Shown: piece by piece, positions 50,379-59,665 of the stretch
Layout: the number at the start of each line of letters is the position of its first letter
Position numbering within the stretch: position 1 is the first letter of the stretch
From: Chloroflexota bacterium
GTDB taxonomy: Bacteria > Chloroflexota > Anaerolineae > UBA1429
Reading direction: 5' to 3'
Assembly (NCBI GenBank): GCA_036774405.1
Contig: DAIPBO010000015.1
Span: 4,497-68,496, forward strand
DNA: 64,000 nucleotides
Position numbers and translations under genes: made by a program
The notes under the pieces: model-generated
Database searches by the model: none
What the model saw: only the letters and a program-made list of their open reading frames with translations
Told to the model about the DNA's origin: nothing

Positions 50379-51008
50379 TCAGCCCAACAGGGCCCTGATG
50401 CTCTCTGCCACAGCGTGGCCCAAGGCGGCATGCCCCTTGGCGTCGAGGTGGATGCCATCGATCGGGCTGCTGTCGACCACTGTGCTGGCGTCGAGCAGGG
50501 CGCAACCCCTGGCGCGCGCCACGCGCGCGAATTGTTTGCCCAGGCGCAACGACTCGGCTGTGGCCCCGCGGAACATGTCGGCATAGTCGCTGAGCGTGCT
50601 CAACGGGGGTGGGGCCACTAGAAGCACCTTGGGGGCGCGTCCATCTGGCCCTGTGCTGCTGCCACAGACGATGTCGACCAGCGCGCCAGCGCCCTCGGCT
50701 ACGTCATAGGCCGTCAACGAAAAGCGGTGTTTGAGATCGTTGGTGCCCAACATGATCACCACCACCTGCAACGGCGTATGGCTGGCGAGGCAAGGGATGA
50801 GGTACTCGCGGCCATTCTTGTGGCCCTCAATAGGATCGTCCCACACAGTGGTGCGGCCACACAGCCCCTCTTCGATGATGGTATAGCCTGGGCCGAGGGC
50901 GCGTTGCAGCACCCCGGGCCAGCGCACCTCGGGCGCAAAGCGCCCGCCCGTTTCGGGGATGTGCCCCCAGGTGTTCGAGTCTCCGTAGCAGAGAATGCGT
51001 GTGTTCAT
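50379..51008 (-). CDS. SGNH/GDSL hydrolase
   Basis: YGDSNTWG, EEGLCGRT, MLGTND, DGIH. Confidence 0.92.
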   Translation of the reverse strand: MNTRILCYGDSNTWGHIPETGGRFAPEVRWPGVLQRALGPGYTIIEEGLCGRTTVWDDPIEGHKNGREYLIPCLASHTPLQVVVIMLGTNDLKHRFSLTAYDVAEGAGALVDIVCGSSTGPDGRAPKVLLVAPPPLSTLSDYADMFRGATAESLRLGKQFARVARARGCALLDASTVVDSSPIDGIHLDAKGHAALGHAVAESIRALLG

Positions 51009-51032
51009 CGGCTAAACTCCACCCTACTATGA

Positions 51033-51059
51033 AAACGCTCTGGCTTGGCCAGAGCGTTT
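51033..51059 (-). terminator. Terminator after ferritin
   Basis: AAACGCTCTGGC-TTG-GCCAGAGCGTTT; TTTT follows on the minus strand. Confidence 0.65.
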
Positions 51060-51084
51060 GGGTACCAAAGGTGCGCGCGCCGCG

Positions 51085-51570
51085 TTAGCGTTGCGCCAAC
51101 GTGCGGTCCAGGCTTAGCAAGAGCCCCTTATGGTCGCCGATGGCTTTGAGCTGATCGACGATGGCAGTGGCGTTCGCTTCTTCTTCCACCTGCTCATCGA
51201 TGAACCATGTGAGCATGCTCTGTGTGGCATAGTCTTTGGCTGCCAGAGCCACTTCGTACAGCTTCCAGATGAGGCTGGTGACGAGCTCTTCGTGAGCGAG
51301 AGCGGCCTCAAAAACGTCCAGTGCCGAGCCAAACTCGCCCTTGGGCGCGTCTAGCGCTCCGAGCAAGACACGGCCCCCACGCTCGTTGACATAGTCGAAC
51401 AGCTTGAGCGCGTGCTCCTCTTCTTCGCTGGCCTGCTTGCGGAACCAGTGTGCAGCGCCCGGCAGGGCGTTGGCCTCGCACCAGGCCGACATCGACAGGT
51501 ATAGATAGGCCGAAAAGAGCTCGTGTTTGATCTGATCGTTGAGAGCCTGCGAAACGGTGTCTTTGAGCAT
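51085..51570 (-). CDS. ftnA: Non-heme ferritin
   Basis: LNDQIKHELFSAYLY, EEEEHA, E..VT, WFIDEQVEEE. Confidence 0.93.
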   Translation of the reverse strand: MLKDTVSQALNDQIKHELFSAYLYLSMSAWCEANALPGAAHWFRKQASEEEEHALKLFDYVNERGGRVLLGALDAPKGEFGSALDVFEAALAHEELVTSLIWKLYEVALAAKDYATQSMLTWFIDEQVEEEANATAIVDQLKAIGDHKGLLLSLDRTLAQR

Positions 51571-51592
51571 CGCTGTCTCCTTGTGCCTTGAG

Positions 51593-52036
51593 TCAGTTCG
51601 CTTGCGACTGCGCGCATCGAGGGCAGATGCCCCAGAAATCAGCGCGATTGCTGACCTCGACATAGCCCGTCTCTTGGGCCACCTGGACGGCAAGGCTGCT
51701 TACATCGAGGTTGTCCAGATCGACGATTTTGCCGCACAGCTTGCAGATCAGATGCGGGTGAGGCTCTGCGACGCGCCCATCGACATGGCGCACATCGTCG
51801 GCTGTGTGAATCTCTTGCAGCTCGTCGATCTCTTTGAGCAGTGAGACGGTCTTGTAGACCGTCGCCAGGCTGGTCATGGGAAAGTCGACCTGTACCTGTG
51901 CGTGGACCTCTTCAACCGTCGGATGCCCTGTATGGCCCACGATGGTGTTGATGATCGCGACCCGCTGCGGCGTGACACGGTAGCCGTGCTCGCGGAGACG
52001 GGTGATTAGCATGCCAGCTCGAGTCACTTGGTCCAT
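51593..52036 (-). CDS. Fur-family regulator, PerR-like
   Basis: RVTPQR, HPTVEEV, SLATVYKT, HPHLICKLCGKIVD, GICPRC. Confidence 0.9.
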   Translation of the reverse strand: MDQVTRAGMLITRLREHGYRVTPQRVAIINTIVGHTGHPTVEEVHAQVQVDFPMTSLATVYKTVSLLKEIDELQEIHTADDVRHVDGRVAEPHPHLICKLCGKIVDLDNLDVSSLAVQVAQETGYVEVSNRADFWGICPRCAQSQAN

Positions 52037-52070
52037 GGTGTCTCCATCCTCGACGCGTTGTTATCGGAAA

Positions 52071-52137
52071 CATATTATCAAAATAGTGCGTCCAGGTCAA
52101 GTGAGCTTTGACAGCCTGCCCAACCTCGTGCTACAAT
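52071..52137. promoter_or_regulatory. Back-to-back promoters for perR-like/ferritin (minus) and trxB (plus)
   Basis: Minus strand: TTGACC, 17 bp, TAATAT. Plus strand: TTGACA, about 17-18 bp, TG-C-TACAAT. Confidence 0.6.
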
Positions 52138-52183
52138 AACGGTTGCAGTTGATACCCTACGGGGGTATAGGATAGGAGGATCG

Positions 52184-53200
52184 ATGAGTGACATGACACT
52201 CTCGCTCGACGTCAGTCGGCTGGGGTTTGGCGAGCAAAAGGCGCAAGAGCAAGAGCGCAATCTCGTGATAATCGGTGCAGGGCCGGCTGGCCTCACTGCG
52301 GGGCTATATGCCGGCCGAGCACAGCTCGAGCCGTTGCTGCTGGTGGGGCAGGCGTTTGGCGGTCAGGCTGCAACAACCAGTGAGATGGAGAACTACCCGG
52401 GCTTTCCCGAAGGCATCGGCGGTATGGCTCTGGCTGAGCAGATGTCGAACCAGGCCACCCGCTTTGGCGCTGAGATCATGTATGAAGAAGTGGTCAGCGT
52501 CGACCTCAAGCAGTATCCCTTTGTGGTGCGCACCTATGGCCCGGTCTTTCGGGCCAAGTCGCTGATCATCTGCACGGGTACGTCGTCGCGCAAGCTGGGC
52601 GTCGCTGGTGAGGAGCGTTACATCGGCCGCGGCGTCTCGTTTTGCGCCACCTGTGATGGGTTCTTTTACAAAGACAAGACAGTGGTGGTGGTGGGCGGTG
52701 GCGATAGTGCTATCGATGAGGGCCTCTACCTTACGCGCTTTGCGCGCGAGGTCATTGTGGTGCACCGCCGCGATGCCTTGCGGGCCAACGCGCTGCTACA
52801 AAAGCGCGCCTTTGCAGAGCCCAAGATGCGTTTTGTCTGGAACTCGGTCGTCACAGAGATCGTCGGCGACGATAATGTCACTGGCGTGCGCGTCCGAGAT
52901 GTGAACACCGGTGAAGAGACCGTCATCGACGCCGATGGCGTGTTCGAGTACGTGGGCCTGGTGCCCAACACCAAGCTGTTCGAGGGCCAGCTCGAGCTCA
53001 ACGAGCAGGGCTATATCGCCACCGACAGGCGTCAGCGCACCAGTATGCCGGGGGTGTATGCCGCCGGCGACGTGCAAGACCCCTGGTATCGGCAGGTGGT
53101 GGTAGCGGCAGGCGCGGGCGCAGCGGCCGCCATCGAGGCCGAGCGTTGGCTGGCAGAAAAGGCTTTTGAGGAGGCCGAACAGGCGCAGCAGGCTGGCTGA
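52184..53200 (+). CDS. trxB: Thioredoxin-disulfide reductase
   Basis: IIGAGPAGLTA, ENYPGF, GVSFCATCDG, VGGGDSA, VHRRD, AAGDV. Confidence 0.95.
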   Translation: MSDMTLSLDVSRLGFGEQKAQEQERNLVIIGAGPAGLTAGLYAGRAQLEPLLLVGQAFGGQAATTSEMENYPGFPEGIGGMALAEQMSNQATRFGAEIMYEEVVSVDLKQYPFVVRTYGPVFRAKSLIICTGTSSRKLGVAGEERYIGRGVSFCATCDGFFYKDKTVVVVGGGDSAIDEGLYLTRFAREVIVVHRRDALRANALLQKRAFAEPKMRFVWNSVVTEIVGDDNVTGVRVRDVNTGEETVIDADGVFEYVGLVPNTKLFEGQLELNEQGYIATDRRQRTSMPGVYAAGDVQDPWYRQVVVAAGAGAAAAIEAERWLAEKAFEEAEQAQQAG

Positions 53201-53214
53201 GCTTTTGGGCATCT

Positions 53215-53258
53215 ATAGCATACGGGTCGCCTCTCTAGAGAGGCGACCCGTATGCTAT
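53215..53258. repeat. Perfect 44-bp loop-less palindrome between convergent genes
   Basis: ATAGCATACGGGTCGCCTCTCT|AGAGAGGCGACCCGTATGCTAT, checked base by base. Confidence 0.95.
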
Positions 53259-53274
53259 GTCTACAGCAGCGGCA

Positions 53275-54099
53275 TCACGGCTTTTGCGCTACCAGCAAAA
53301 TGTGCGCGCCCATATCGAGGCATCCTGGCTCGCGACAGGCCTCGAGCTCGAGCTCGATCAACTGCTGCCAGGTGCGCTGGTCGCCAAGCCAGGTTGCTAC
53401 CAGATCGCCCCAGGTGGCGCTCAGGCAGTTGCTGGCCGACATCACCAGCGGCTGCGCGCCCGTCTGCGTTACGAACTGACGAAACTCGTCCGCTCGATAG
53501 GCGTGCCAGAAGCGGCTGACAGCCGCCACCGAAGCAGGCCCCATATCGCCCGTGGACACGATCTCACGATTGAGGCCGCGATCGACGTTCAGGATGCGCG
53601 GCAGGTCTTGGTGCAGCGTACCGAACAGGCTGCGTGCACTGAGCAGCAACAGCCCGCCCGATCTGGTCACGCGGTAGAGCTCGCGCACCGCCCGTTCGCG
53701 CCGGTCAAAGACATAGCTCAACGGCCCCCCCACGCACACCACCGCGTCGAACTCGTCATCATCAAAAGCGTGCGAGAGGTCGATCATGTTGCACTCGCGC
53801 CAGGCCTCGATCTGCCGCGCATATCCCTGCGCCTCGGCGTTACGCCGATTGAGCGCCAGTTTGTCGGCCGACATGTCGGCCACCACCACCCTCGCTGAGA
53901 TGGCGGCGATCTCTTGCGTGAAGCGGCCCGAGCCGGCTCCCATCTCGAGCACGCGCATGTCTGACTTGAGGTACTGCCTCAGGTAGTGGTTGTGGATGGC
54001 AAAGTCGACCTGCTGGATCGGGTCATGCTGACGCCGTTGCCACTCATCCTCGGCGTCGCTGTGCGATCGCACCCAGCTCAGCTCTTGGCCCGTCATCAT
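53275..54099 (-). CDS. Class I SAM-dependent methyltransferase
   Basis: VLEMGAGSGRF, VADMS, FDAVVCVGGPLSY; upstream minus-strand promoter TTGAGG-17-TATAGT. Confidence 0.88.
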   Translation of the reverse strand: MMTGQELSWVRSHSDAEDEWQRRQHDPIQQVDFAIHNHYLRQYLKSDMRVLEMGAGSGRFTQEIAAISARVVVADMSADKLALNRRNAEAQGYARQIEAWRECNMIDLSHAFDDDEFDAVVCVGGPLSYVFDRRERAVRELYRVTRSGGLLLLSARSLFGTLHQDLPRILNVDRGLNREIVSTGDMGPASVAAVSRFWHAYRADEFRQFVTQTGAQPLVMSASNCLSATWGDLVATWLGDQRTWQQLIELELEACREPGCLDMGAHILLVAQKP

Positions 54100-54179
54100 G
54101 CGCCTCCATCTGTGGGTGGTTTAACCTAACATGATCACATCCATACTATAGAGCGCTCTGGGCATACCCTCAAGTGCAA

Positions 54180-54779
54180 CTAGACGGTAAGGGCGTTACC
54201 GCTGCTCAGTAACGCCTCGGCGATGCTGTACATGTTCGATATGGTCCCCAGCTCAAGCTGCTCTTTGAGCCCCAGATAGCCCAGGCAGGTGCCGCACACG
54301 AGGATCTCGACGCCAGCGGCAGCCAGGCGTTGCAGATCATCGATCACAGGTGAGCCCGCGACGGCCAGACGTACGCCGGTGTTGTAGAGCACCAACGTCT
54401 TGGGCAACGGTTCTACCTGTGTGAGGGTGTAGATGAACGAGCGCATCAGAATGGCCCCCAGCTCGTCCTCGCCACGGCCCATGCGGTCACTGGTCAGGGC
54501 TACGACCGCGCCGGCAGATGACACGCCACAAGTCAGCAGGTCGGGTGCGAGTTCGGGCTCGCTGGTGGCATCGCCGCGCACCAGATAGACCGCAAAGCCA
54601 TCGGCGCGCGCTTCCCAGCGGCACTCCCAGCCGGCCCGTTGGCCCAGACGCAAGACATTATCCACCTGCTCGCGCTCACTGACGAGGGTGGTAATTGCGC
54701 TCTCCTGGCGCATAGCGTTACGCGTGAGGATGACTGGCTGGGGGCACGCCAGCCCGCGGGCATCGACGGTAGTGGTCAT
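54180..54779 (-). CDS. YedF-like selenium/sulfur metabolism protein (TusA + DsrE domains)
   Basis: VDARGLACPQPVI, MGRGEDELG.ILM.SF, LYNTGVRL, CGTCL.Y. Confidence 0.88.
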   Translation of the reverse strand: MTTTVDARGLACPQPVILTRNAMRQESAITTLVSEREQVDNVLRLGQRAGWECRWEARADGFAVYLVRGDATSEPELAPDLLTCGVSSAGAVVALTSDRMGRGEDELGAILMRSFIYTLTQVEPLPKTLVLYNTGVRLAVAGSPVIDDLQRLAAAGVEILVCGTCLGYLGLKEQLELGTISNMYSIAEALLSSGNALTV

Positions 54780-54919
54780 ATCGCCGCTCCTGGTGTTGGT
54801 CTGCTTTTCATTGTACCCCATGCGGGTATGCGGCACAAGAGATGGCTCTGGGTTCTGGCGGCCAGCACGCCTGTGCTATAATCTGCAAGTTGTTGGCACT
54901 CTACGGCGAAAGGCAGGCT

Positions 54920-55723
54920 ATGGCCGCATCTCTGACACAGATCCGCAGTCTATTGATCGATCTGGATGGTGTGCTCTATCGGGGGCAGACAGCACTGCCT
55001 GGCGCTGCCGCCCTGCTCGACTTTTTGCGCGAGCGGGGCCTCGGCTACATGCTCGTTACGAACAACTCGACGCTGACGCCCGAGCAGTTTCGACAGCGGT
55101 TGCTTGGCATGGGCATAGATGTGCCCACCGAGCTGATTATGACCTCGGGTGTGGCCACGGCAGCCTACCTTGCCTCTGTGGCGCCGCCAGGCACCAGGGT
55201 GAATGTGGTAGGAGAGCCTGCGCTCATCAGCGAGATCGAAAAGCGGGGCTTTGTGATGGGGGGGCGCGAGTCGCGCTATGTTGTCTGTGGGTGGGACAAG
55301 GGCATCAACTTTGAAAAGCTCAAGACCGCCACGTTGGCCATCCGTGACGGCGCCACCTTTATCGGCACCAACCCCGACAAGACTTATCCGCTGGAGAACG
55401 ACATCATCCCTGGCGCGGGCAGCATCATCGCCTCGCTGGTGGCCGCCACCGATGTCGAACCCATCGTGGTAGGCAAGCCCGAGCCGTTGGCGCTCGAGCA
55501 GGCGATGCGCATTCTCGGGGCAACGCCCGCTAACACCGCCATTCTGGGAGACCGGCTCGAGACCGATATACTCGGTGGGCGGCGCGCTGGCATGCGCACC
55601 ATCTTGGTGCTCACAGGCATCTCGACCGCTGAAGAAGCACTCGCCTATACTATCGCTCCGCCAGACTGGGTCTATAACGATCTGCCAGCCTTGCTGACAG
55701 ACTGGGCCGCAGCACTGGGCTGA
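54920..55723 (+). CDS. HAD-IIA (NagD-like) phosphatase
   Basis: LIDLDGVLY, VTNNS, TNPD, VGKP, GDRLETDI.GG; upstream extended -10 TG-C-TATAAT at 54874-54882. Confidence 0.92.
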   Translation: MAASLTQIRSLLIDLDGVLYRGQTALPGAAALLDFLRERGLGYMLVTNNSTLTPEQFRQRLLGMGIDVPTELIMTSGVATAAYLASVAPPGTRVNVVGEPALISEIEKRGFVMGGRESRYVVCGWDKGINFEKLKTATLAIRDGATFIGTNPDKTYPLENDIIPGAGSIIASLVAATDVEPIVVGKPEPLALEQAMRILGATPANTAILGDRLETDILGGRRAGMRTILVLTGISTAEEALAYTIAPPDWVYNDLPALLTDWAAALG

Positions 55724-55736
55724 GCGCCGAGAAGCC

Positions 55737-55769
55737 AAGAGGCGCACCCCGCGAGGTGCGCCTCTTTTT
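55737..55769 (+). terminator. Rho-independent terminator
   Basis: AAGAGGCGCACC-CCGCGA-GGTGCGCCTCTT followed by TTT. Confidence 0.8.
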
Positions 55770-55780
55770 GATGCCGTAGG

Positions 55781-56773
55781 CTAGATGGCAATAGGCTCGC
55801 TCAACATCGCTTTGAGCAAGCGCACGCTGTTGAGCACATCGCCGTGGTCGACCATCTCTGATGGCGTGTGGATGTGCCGACAGGGGATCGACAGGCACCC
55901 AGAGGGGATGCCCGCTCGCGTGGTCTGGATCACCATCGCATCGGTAGTGCCTGCATCGAGCACCTCGCGCTGGTATGGAATGCCCGCCGCCTCGGCAGAG
56001 CGAATCATCCAGTCTTTGACGCCCTCGTGAGCGATCATGCCCGAGTCCTTGATCTTGACGGCGGGGCCGCCACCCAACTCAACGGCCATAAAGGCCGCTT
56101 TGGGGGTATCGCCAGTGTCTGTCACGTCGATGGCCACGGCCACATCGGGATCGATGCCAAACGCAGCGGTCATGGCGCCACGCGGGCCCACCTCTTCTTG
56201 CGTCGTGAACACGGCATAGACATCATTGGGCGTGTCGCCGAGCTCGATCAGCGTTTGGGCCGCCACAGCACAGGCGATGCGGTCGTCCATCGCCTTGGCG
56301 ACGAGACGTTTGCCCAGATCCACCATAGGGCGGTCAAAACAGCAGATGTCGCCCACCTCGACGGGAGCATCGGCTGGCGATGTGGCTCCCAGGTCGATGA
56401 ACAGCTCTTCCATCTTGGGCAGTTCGCGCTTCTGCAGCCAGTACTCCCAGCCCACCACGCCCGTGGCGCCATTGGCAAAGCGCACACGGTTGCCCAGCAA
56501 CGTCAGCGGAGAGACGCCGCCCACGGTCTGGAAGCGGGCAAAGCCCTTGCGGTCTATATGGCTGACCACGAGGCCGATCTCATCCATGTGCGCCGCCAGC
56601 ATCACCCGTAGGCCGCCGCCAGAGCCCTTTTTGTAGGCGATGAGGTTGCCCATGTTATCGCTGCGCACCTCATCCACAAAAGGGCGCACCAGATCGGCCA
56701 GCAGGGCGCTCACGACGCTTTCGCGCCCCGAAGGGCCAAAGGCCTCGACCAAAGTCTTGATCATGTCTTTCAT
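55781..56773 (-). CDS. M42 (TET-like) metallo-aminopeptidase, paralog 3
   Basis: AAHMDE, MDDR, QEEVG, AIDVT, HIHTP. Confidence 0.92.
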   Translation of the reverse strand: MKDMIKTLVEAFGPSGRESVVSALLADLVRPFVDEVRSDNMGNLIAYKKGSGGGLRVMLAAHMDEIGLVVSHIDRKGFARFQTVGGVSPLTLLGNRVRFANGATGVVGWEYWLQKRELPKMEELFIDLGATSPADAPVEVGDICCFDRPMVDLGKRLVAKAMDDRIACAVAAQTLIELGDTPNDVYAVFTTQEEVGPRGAMTAAFGIDPDVAVAIDVTDTGDTPKAAFMAVELGGGPAVKIKDSGMIAHEGVKDWMIRSAEAAGIPYQREVLDAGTTDAMVIQTTRAGIPSGCLSIPCRHIHTPSEMVDHGDVLNSVRLLKAMLSEPIAI

Positions 56774-57813
56774 GACAGGCTCCCTTGAATGCGCTGCAGG
56801 GCGGCCGCCATCAGGCGGTGGGTATTCTCCAGATCGTTCAGGCTGAGGATGCTCACGGGGGCATGAATGTTACGGCAGGGCACCGCCACCGTCACTGCGG
56901 GCACGCCTTCGCGCGATAGGTGGATAGCGCCTGCGTCGGTGCCTCCCGCCGCCGCTTTCTTGAACTGGTAGGGAATGCCCTCTTCGCGGGCGGTCTCTAC
57001 CAGCAGATCAACAAGACGACGATCGGCGATGAAACTGCGATCCATAAAGGTGATGGCTGGGCCCTTACCCACCTCAGTGACGTGGCTGGTGTCCTCGTCT
57101 CCCTTGGGCAGGTCATCGCAGATGGTCCCTTCGAGCACAAACGCGAGATCGGGCTCAATGCCATAGGCCGCCACGCGGGCGCCGCGCAGGCCCACCTCTT
57201 CTTGGGCAGTGAACACGGCATACAGGTCGATGGCATAGTCGTGCTGCAATAGCTCGACGAGCACCGCACAGCCGGCACGGTCGTCGAGCGCCTTGCCCTT
57301 GACGCAGCGCAACGCGCCTGGCTCTAGCGCCTCGTAGGTGGTGCGAAAGGTGATGGGATCGCCCAGCGAGACGAGCCTTTCGGCTGCGCTCTGACTGGTG
57401 GCGCCGATATCGATGGCCGCACGCGAAAGATCGGGCGCTGCCTCGCGCTCCTTCCGTGCGATGAGGTGAATGGGACGGTAGCCGATAACGCCAGGCACAG
57501 CGGCCTGGCCGATGAGCACCTGCTTGGATAGCAGGATGCGGTCGTCGATGCCGCCCACTTTGTCAAAGCGAACGGTGCCGTCCTTGTTGACGCCCGTGAC
57601 GATCAGGCCGATCTCGTCCATATGAGCAGCCACCATCACCTTGAGCGGCCGACCCTCGACCGGCCGCCTTGCCCTGCGCAGGCAGATGAGGTTGCCCAGG
57701 GTATCGACGCGCTGTTCATCTACCAGGCCATCGATGGCCGCTTCGATGATCTCGCGCACCTCACGCTCACAGCCCGAAATGCCACGGGCGTCTGAAAGCT
57801 GTTGTAGCAGCAT
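56770..57813 (-). CDS. M42 (TET-like) metallo-aminopeptidase, paralog 2
   Basis: AAHMDE, LDDR, QEEVG, VLEGT, NIHAP. Confidence 0.92.
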   Translation of the reverse strand: MLLQQLSDARGISGCEREVREIIEAAIDGLVDEQRVDTLGNLICLRRARRPVEGRPLKVMVAAHMDEIGLIVTGVNKDGTVRFDKVGGIDDRILLSKQVLIGQAAVPGVIGYRPIHLIARKEREAAPDLSRAAIDIGATSQSAAERLVSLGDPITFRTTYEALEPGALRCVKGKALDDRAGCAVLVELLQHDYAIDLYAVFTAQEEVGLRGARVAAYGIEPDLAFVLEGTICDDLPKGDEDTSHVTEVGKGPAITFMDRSFIADRRLVDLLVETAREEGIPYQFKKAAAGGTDAGAIHLSREGVPAVTVAVPCRNIHAPVSILSLNDLENTHRLMAAALQRIQGSLS

Positions 57814-57822
57814 GCTCTCCTC

Positions 57823-58878
57823 CTACAGCATCGGGGCAGAGACGTCAGCGCTGTCGAGCGCGACGATGGCCCTCGCCATCAGCCGGCCAGTGCGCTGGAT
57901 GTCTCGCAGGCACACCGTCTCGACCGACGTGTGCATATAGCGCAGCGGCACCGACAGCAGCCCTGTGGGTACGCCTTCGCGGGCCACCTGGATCGCCCAG
58001 GCGTCGGTGCCCGTCTGGCCGGCAGCCACCTCAACCTGGTATTTGATCTCATGTTCTTTGGCCGTCTGTACGAGCAGCTCGTAGATGGATGGATGGATGT
58101 TGGGCCCCATGGCAATGGCCGGTCCACCATCCATCTCGACTGACTCATCATCAGACACCCCAACCTGGGCGCCAAAGCCCACATCCACGGCGATGGCCGC
58201 GTCTGGCGCTGTGTGATAGGCGCTGACGATGGCGCCGCGCAGGCCCAGTTCCTCTTGGGTGGTGGCCACCGCATACACGTCCCAACCGTGCCGCAGGCGA
58301 CTCAGCTCTTGCAGGCACACCGTCAGTGTGGCCACGCCGGCGCGGTCGTCCATGGCCTTGCCCGAGAGATAGCCCTCGGCCAGCGCGATGGTCTCACGAC
58401 GCATCGACACGAGGTCGCCCACCTGCACCAGATGCGGCACCTCCTCGGCAGTGAGCCCCGTGTCGATAAAGAGCTTGTCGGTCGGCACGGCAGTGCGGCG
58501 CTCTTGCTCGCCGAGCACGTGGGGCGGGCGGCTCGAGATAACGCCGATCAGCTCGCGCCGGCCGTGGACCGTCACCTCCTGACCCAGCACGGTGCGCAGG
58601 TCTACCCCGCCTACGCGCGTAAAGCGCAAAAAGCCGCCTTCATAGCCGGTCACCATCAGGCCGATCTCGTCCATGTGGGCCGCCAGCATGATAGCGCGCC
58701 TGGGAGTGCCCTCCGCAGGCTCGCCGCGCTTGAGCGCCATCAGGTTGCCCAGGGCATCGGTCTCAAAAGCGTCGACGAGCGGATCCCAGGCCTTTTGCAC
58801 CAGAGAGCGCACATCGCCCTCATAGCCCGATAGGCCGGTGGCCATGGTGAGTTCTTTGAGATGCGCAACAAGGTCCAT
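57823..58878 (-). CDS. M42 (TET-like) metallo-aminopeptidase, paralog 1
   Basis: AAHMDE, MDDR, QEELG, AVDVG, YMHTS. Confidence 0.92.
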   Translation of the reverse strand: MDLVAHLKELTMATGLSGYEGDVRSLVQKAWDPLVDAFETDALGNLMALKRGEPAEGTPRRAIMLAAHMDEIGLMVTGYEGGFLRFTRVGGVDLRTVLGQEVTVHGRRELIGVISSRPPHVLGEQERRTAVPTDKLFIDTGLTAEEVPHLVQVGDLVSMRRETIALAEGYLSGKAMDDRAGVATLTVCLQELSRLRHGWDVYAVATTQEELGLRGAIVSAYHTAPDAAIAVDVGFGAQVGVSDDESVEMDGGPAIAMGPNIHPSIYELLVQTAKEHEIKYQVEVAAGQTGTDAWAIQVAREGVPTGLLSVPLRYMHTSVETVCLRDIQRTGRLMARAIVALDSADVSAPML

Positions 58879-58922
58879 AGAGCTTCCTTTCGGACGCGCG
58901 AGAGGTGCGGTTAGCGCTGCGC

Positions 58923-59234
58923 TCAAGGCGTCGCCGTGGGCGTCAGGGTGGGGAAGAGCGTCGGTGTATTGGTGGGCGCGGCGCTGGGCGCCACGGTGGG
59001 TGGCTCGCTGGTGGGCTCGACTGGTGCCTCTGGCTCTTCTGTAGGGGGAGCCACCAGGCTGGCGACTGTGGGTGTGGGCATGTCGGCCGGAGACATCATG
59101 GTTTTGCGCACATACAGGCTCAAGGCGCCCAGCGCATACAACAGCACCACGATGAACGAACCGGCTATCCAGGCGGCACGTTTGGCGCGGGCCACGTCAG
59201 AGCGAGCGACGAGACGATCCCACCATGTGGTCAT
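58923..59234 (-). CDS. Small membrane protein with Pro/Thr-rich tail
   Basis: One TM helix (AAWIAGSFIVVLLYALGALSLY) followed by PTPT...PTLTPTATP; start estimated. Confidence 0.55.
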   Translation of the reverse strand: MTTWWDRLVARSDVARAKRAAWIAGSFIVVLLYALGALSLYVRKTMMSPADMPTPTVASLVAPPTEEPEAPVEPTSEPPTVAPSAAPTNTPTLFPTLTPTATP

Positions 59235-59278
59235 GCCGTTACTGACCTGCGACGCAGTTGCTGAGGCACGATGCCTGC

Positions 59279-59590
59279 CTAGACGGGGCGTCCATCGAAC
59301 GAACGCAGCAGCGAGGTGAGTGCTTTGCGGGCGTTGAGTAGATAGTTGAGGTTGCTCCACGAATCACGAACCTGATCGGGCACTTGATTGTCAGACCACC
59401 CCATGGCCGAGACCATCTGGTCTTCGGTGCCCAGATAGTCGTAGAGGATATCGATCTGCTCGTCGAGCAGCGAGAGATTGTAGAGCAGCAACGCATACAT
59501 GGCACGGGGCGATACGGTGTGATCGCCACGCGAACCTCCGGCGGCCGCCAACAGGCTAGCCACTTCAGCGTCGCGGATCAAACGTGCCAT
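59279..59590 (-). CDS. Hypothetical 103-aa protein
   Basis: RBS GGAGG 6 nt upstream, own consensus promoter, helical composition. Confidence 0.7.
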   Translation of the reverse strand: MARLIRDAEVASLLAAAGGSRGDHTVSPRAMYALLLYNLSLLDEQIDILYDYLGTEDQMVSAMGWSDNQVPDQVRDSWSNLNYLLNARKALTSLLRSFDGRPV

Positions 59591-59617
59591 GCAGAACCTC
59601 CATCAATGCTTCGGGCG

Positions 59618-59646
59618 ATGCTATCACCAAGGAAGGGCGATGTCAA
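59618..59646 (-). promoter_or_regulatory. Sigma70-type promoter of the 103-aa ORF
   Basis: TTGACA, 17 bp spacer, TAGCAT on the minus strand. Confidence 0.7.
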
Positions 59647-59665
59647 CTCGAAAGCCTGGCATGGC

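Noticed and set aside
54180-54779. YedF-like gene suggesting nearby selenoproteins
   Set aside because: No selD/selA/selB, no in-frame UGA at a catalytic site and no SECIS-like element seen
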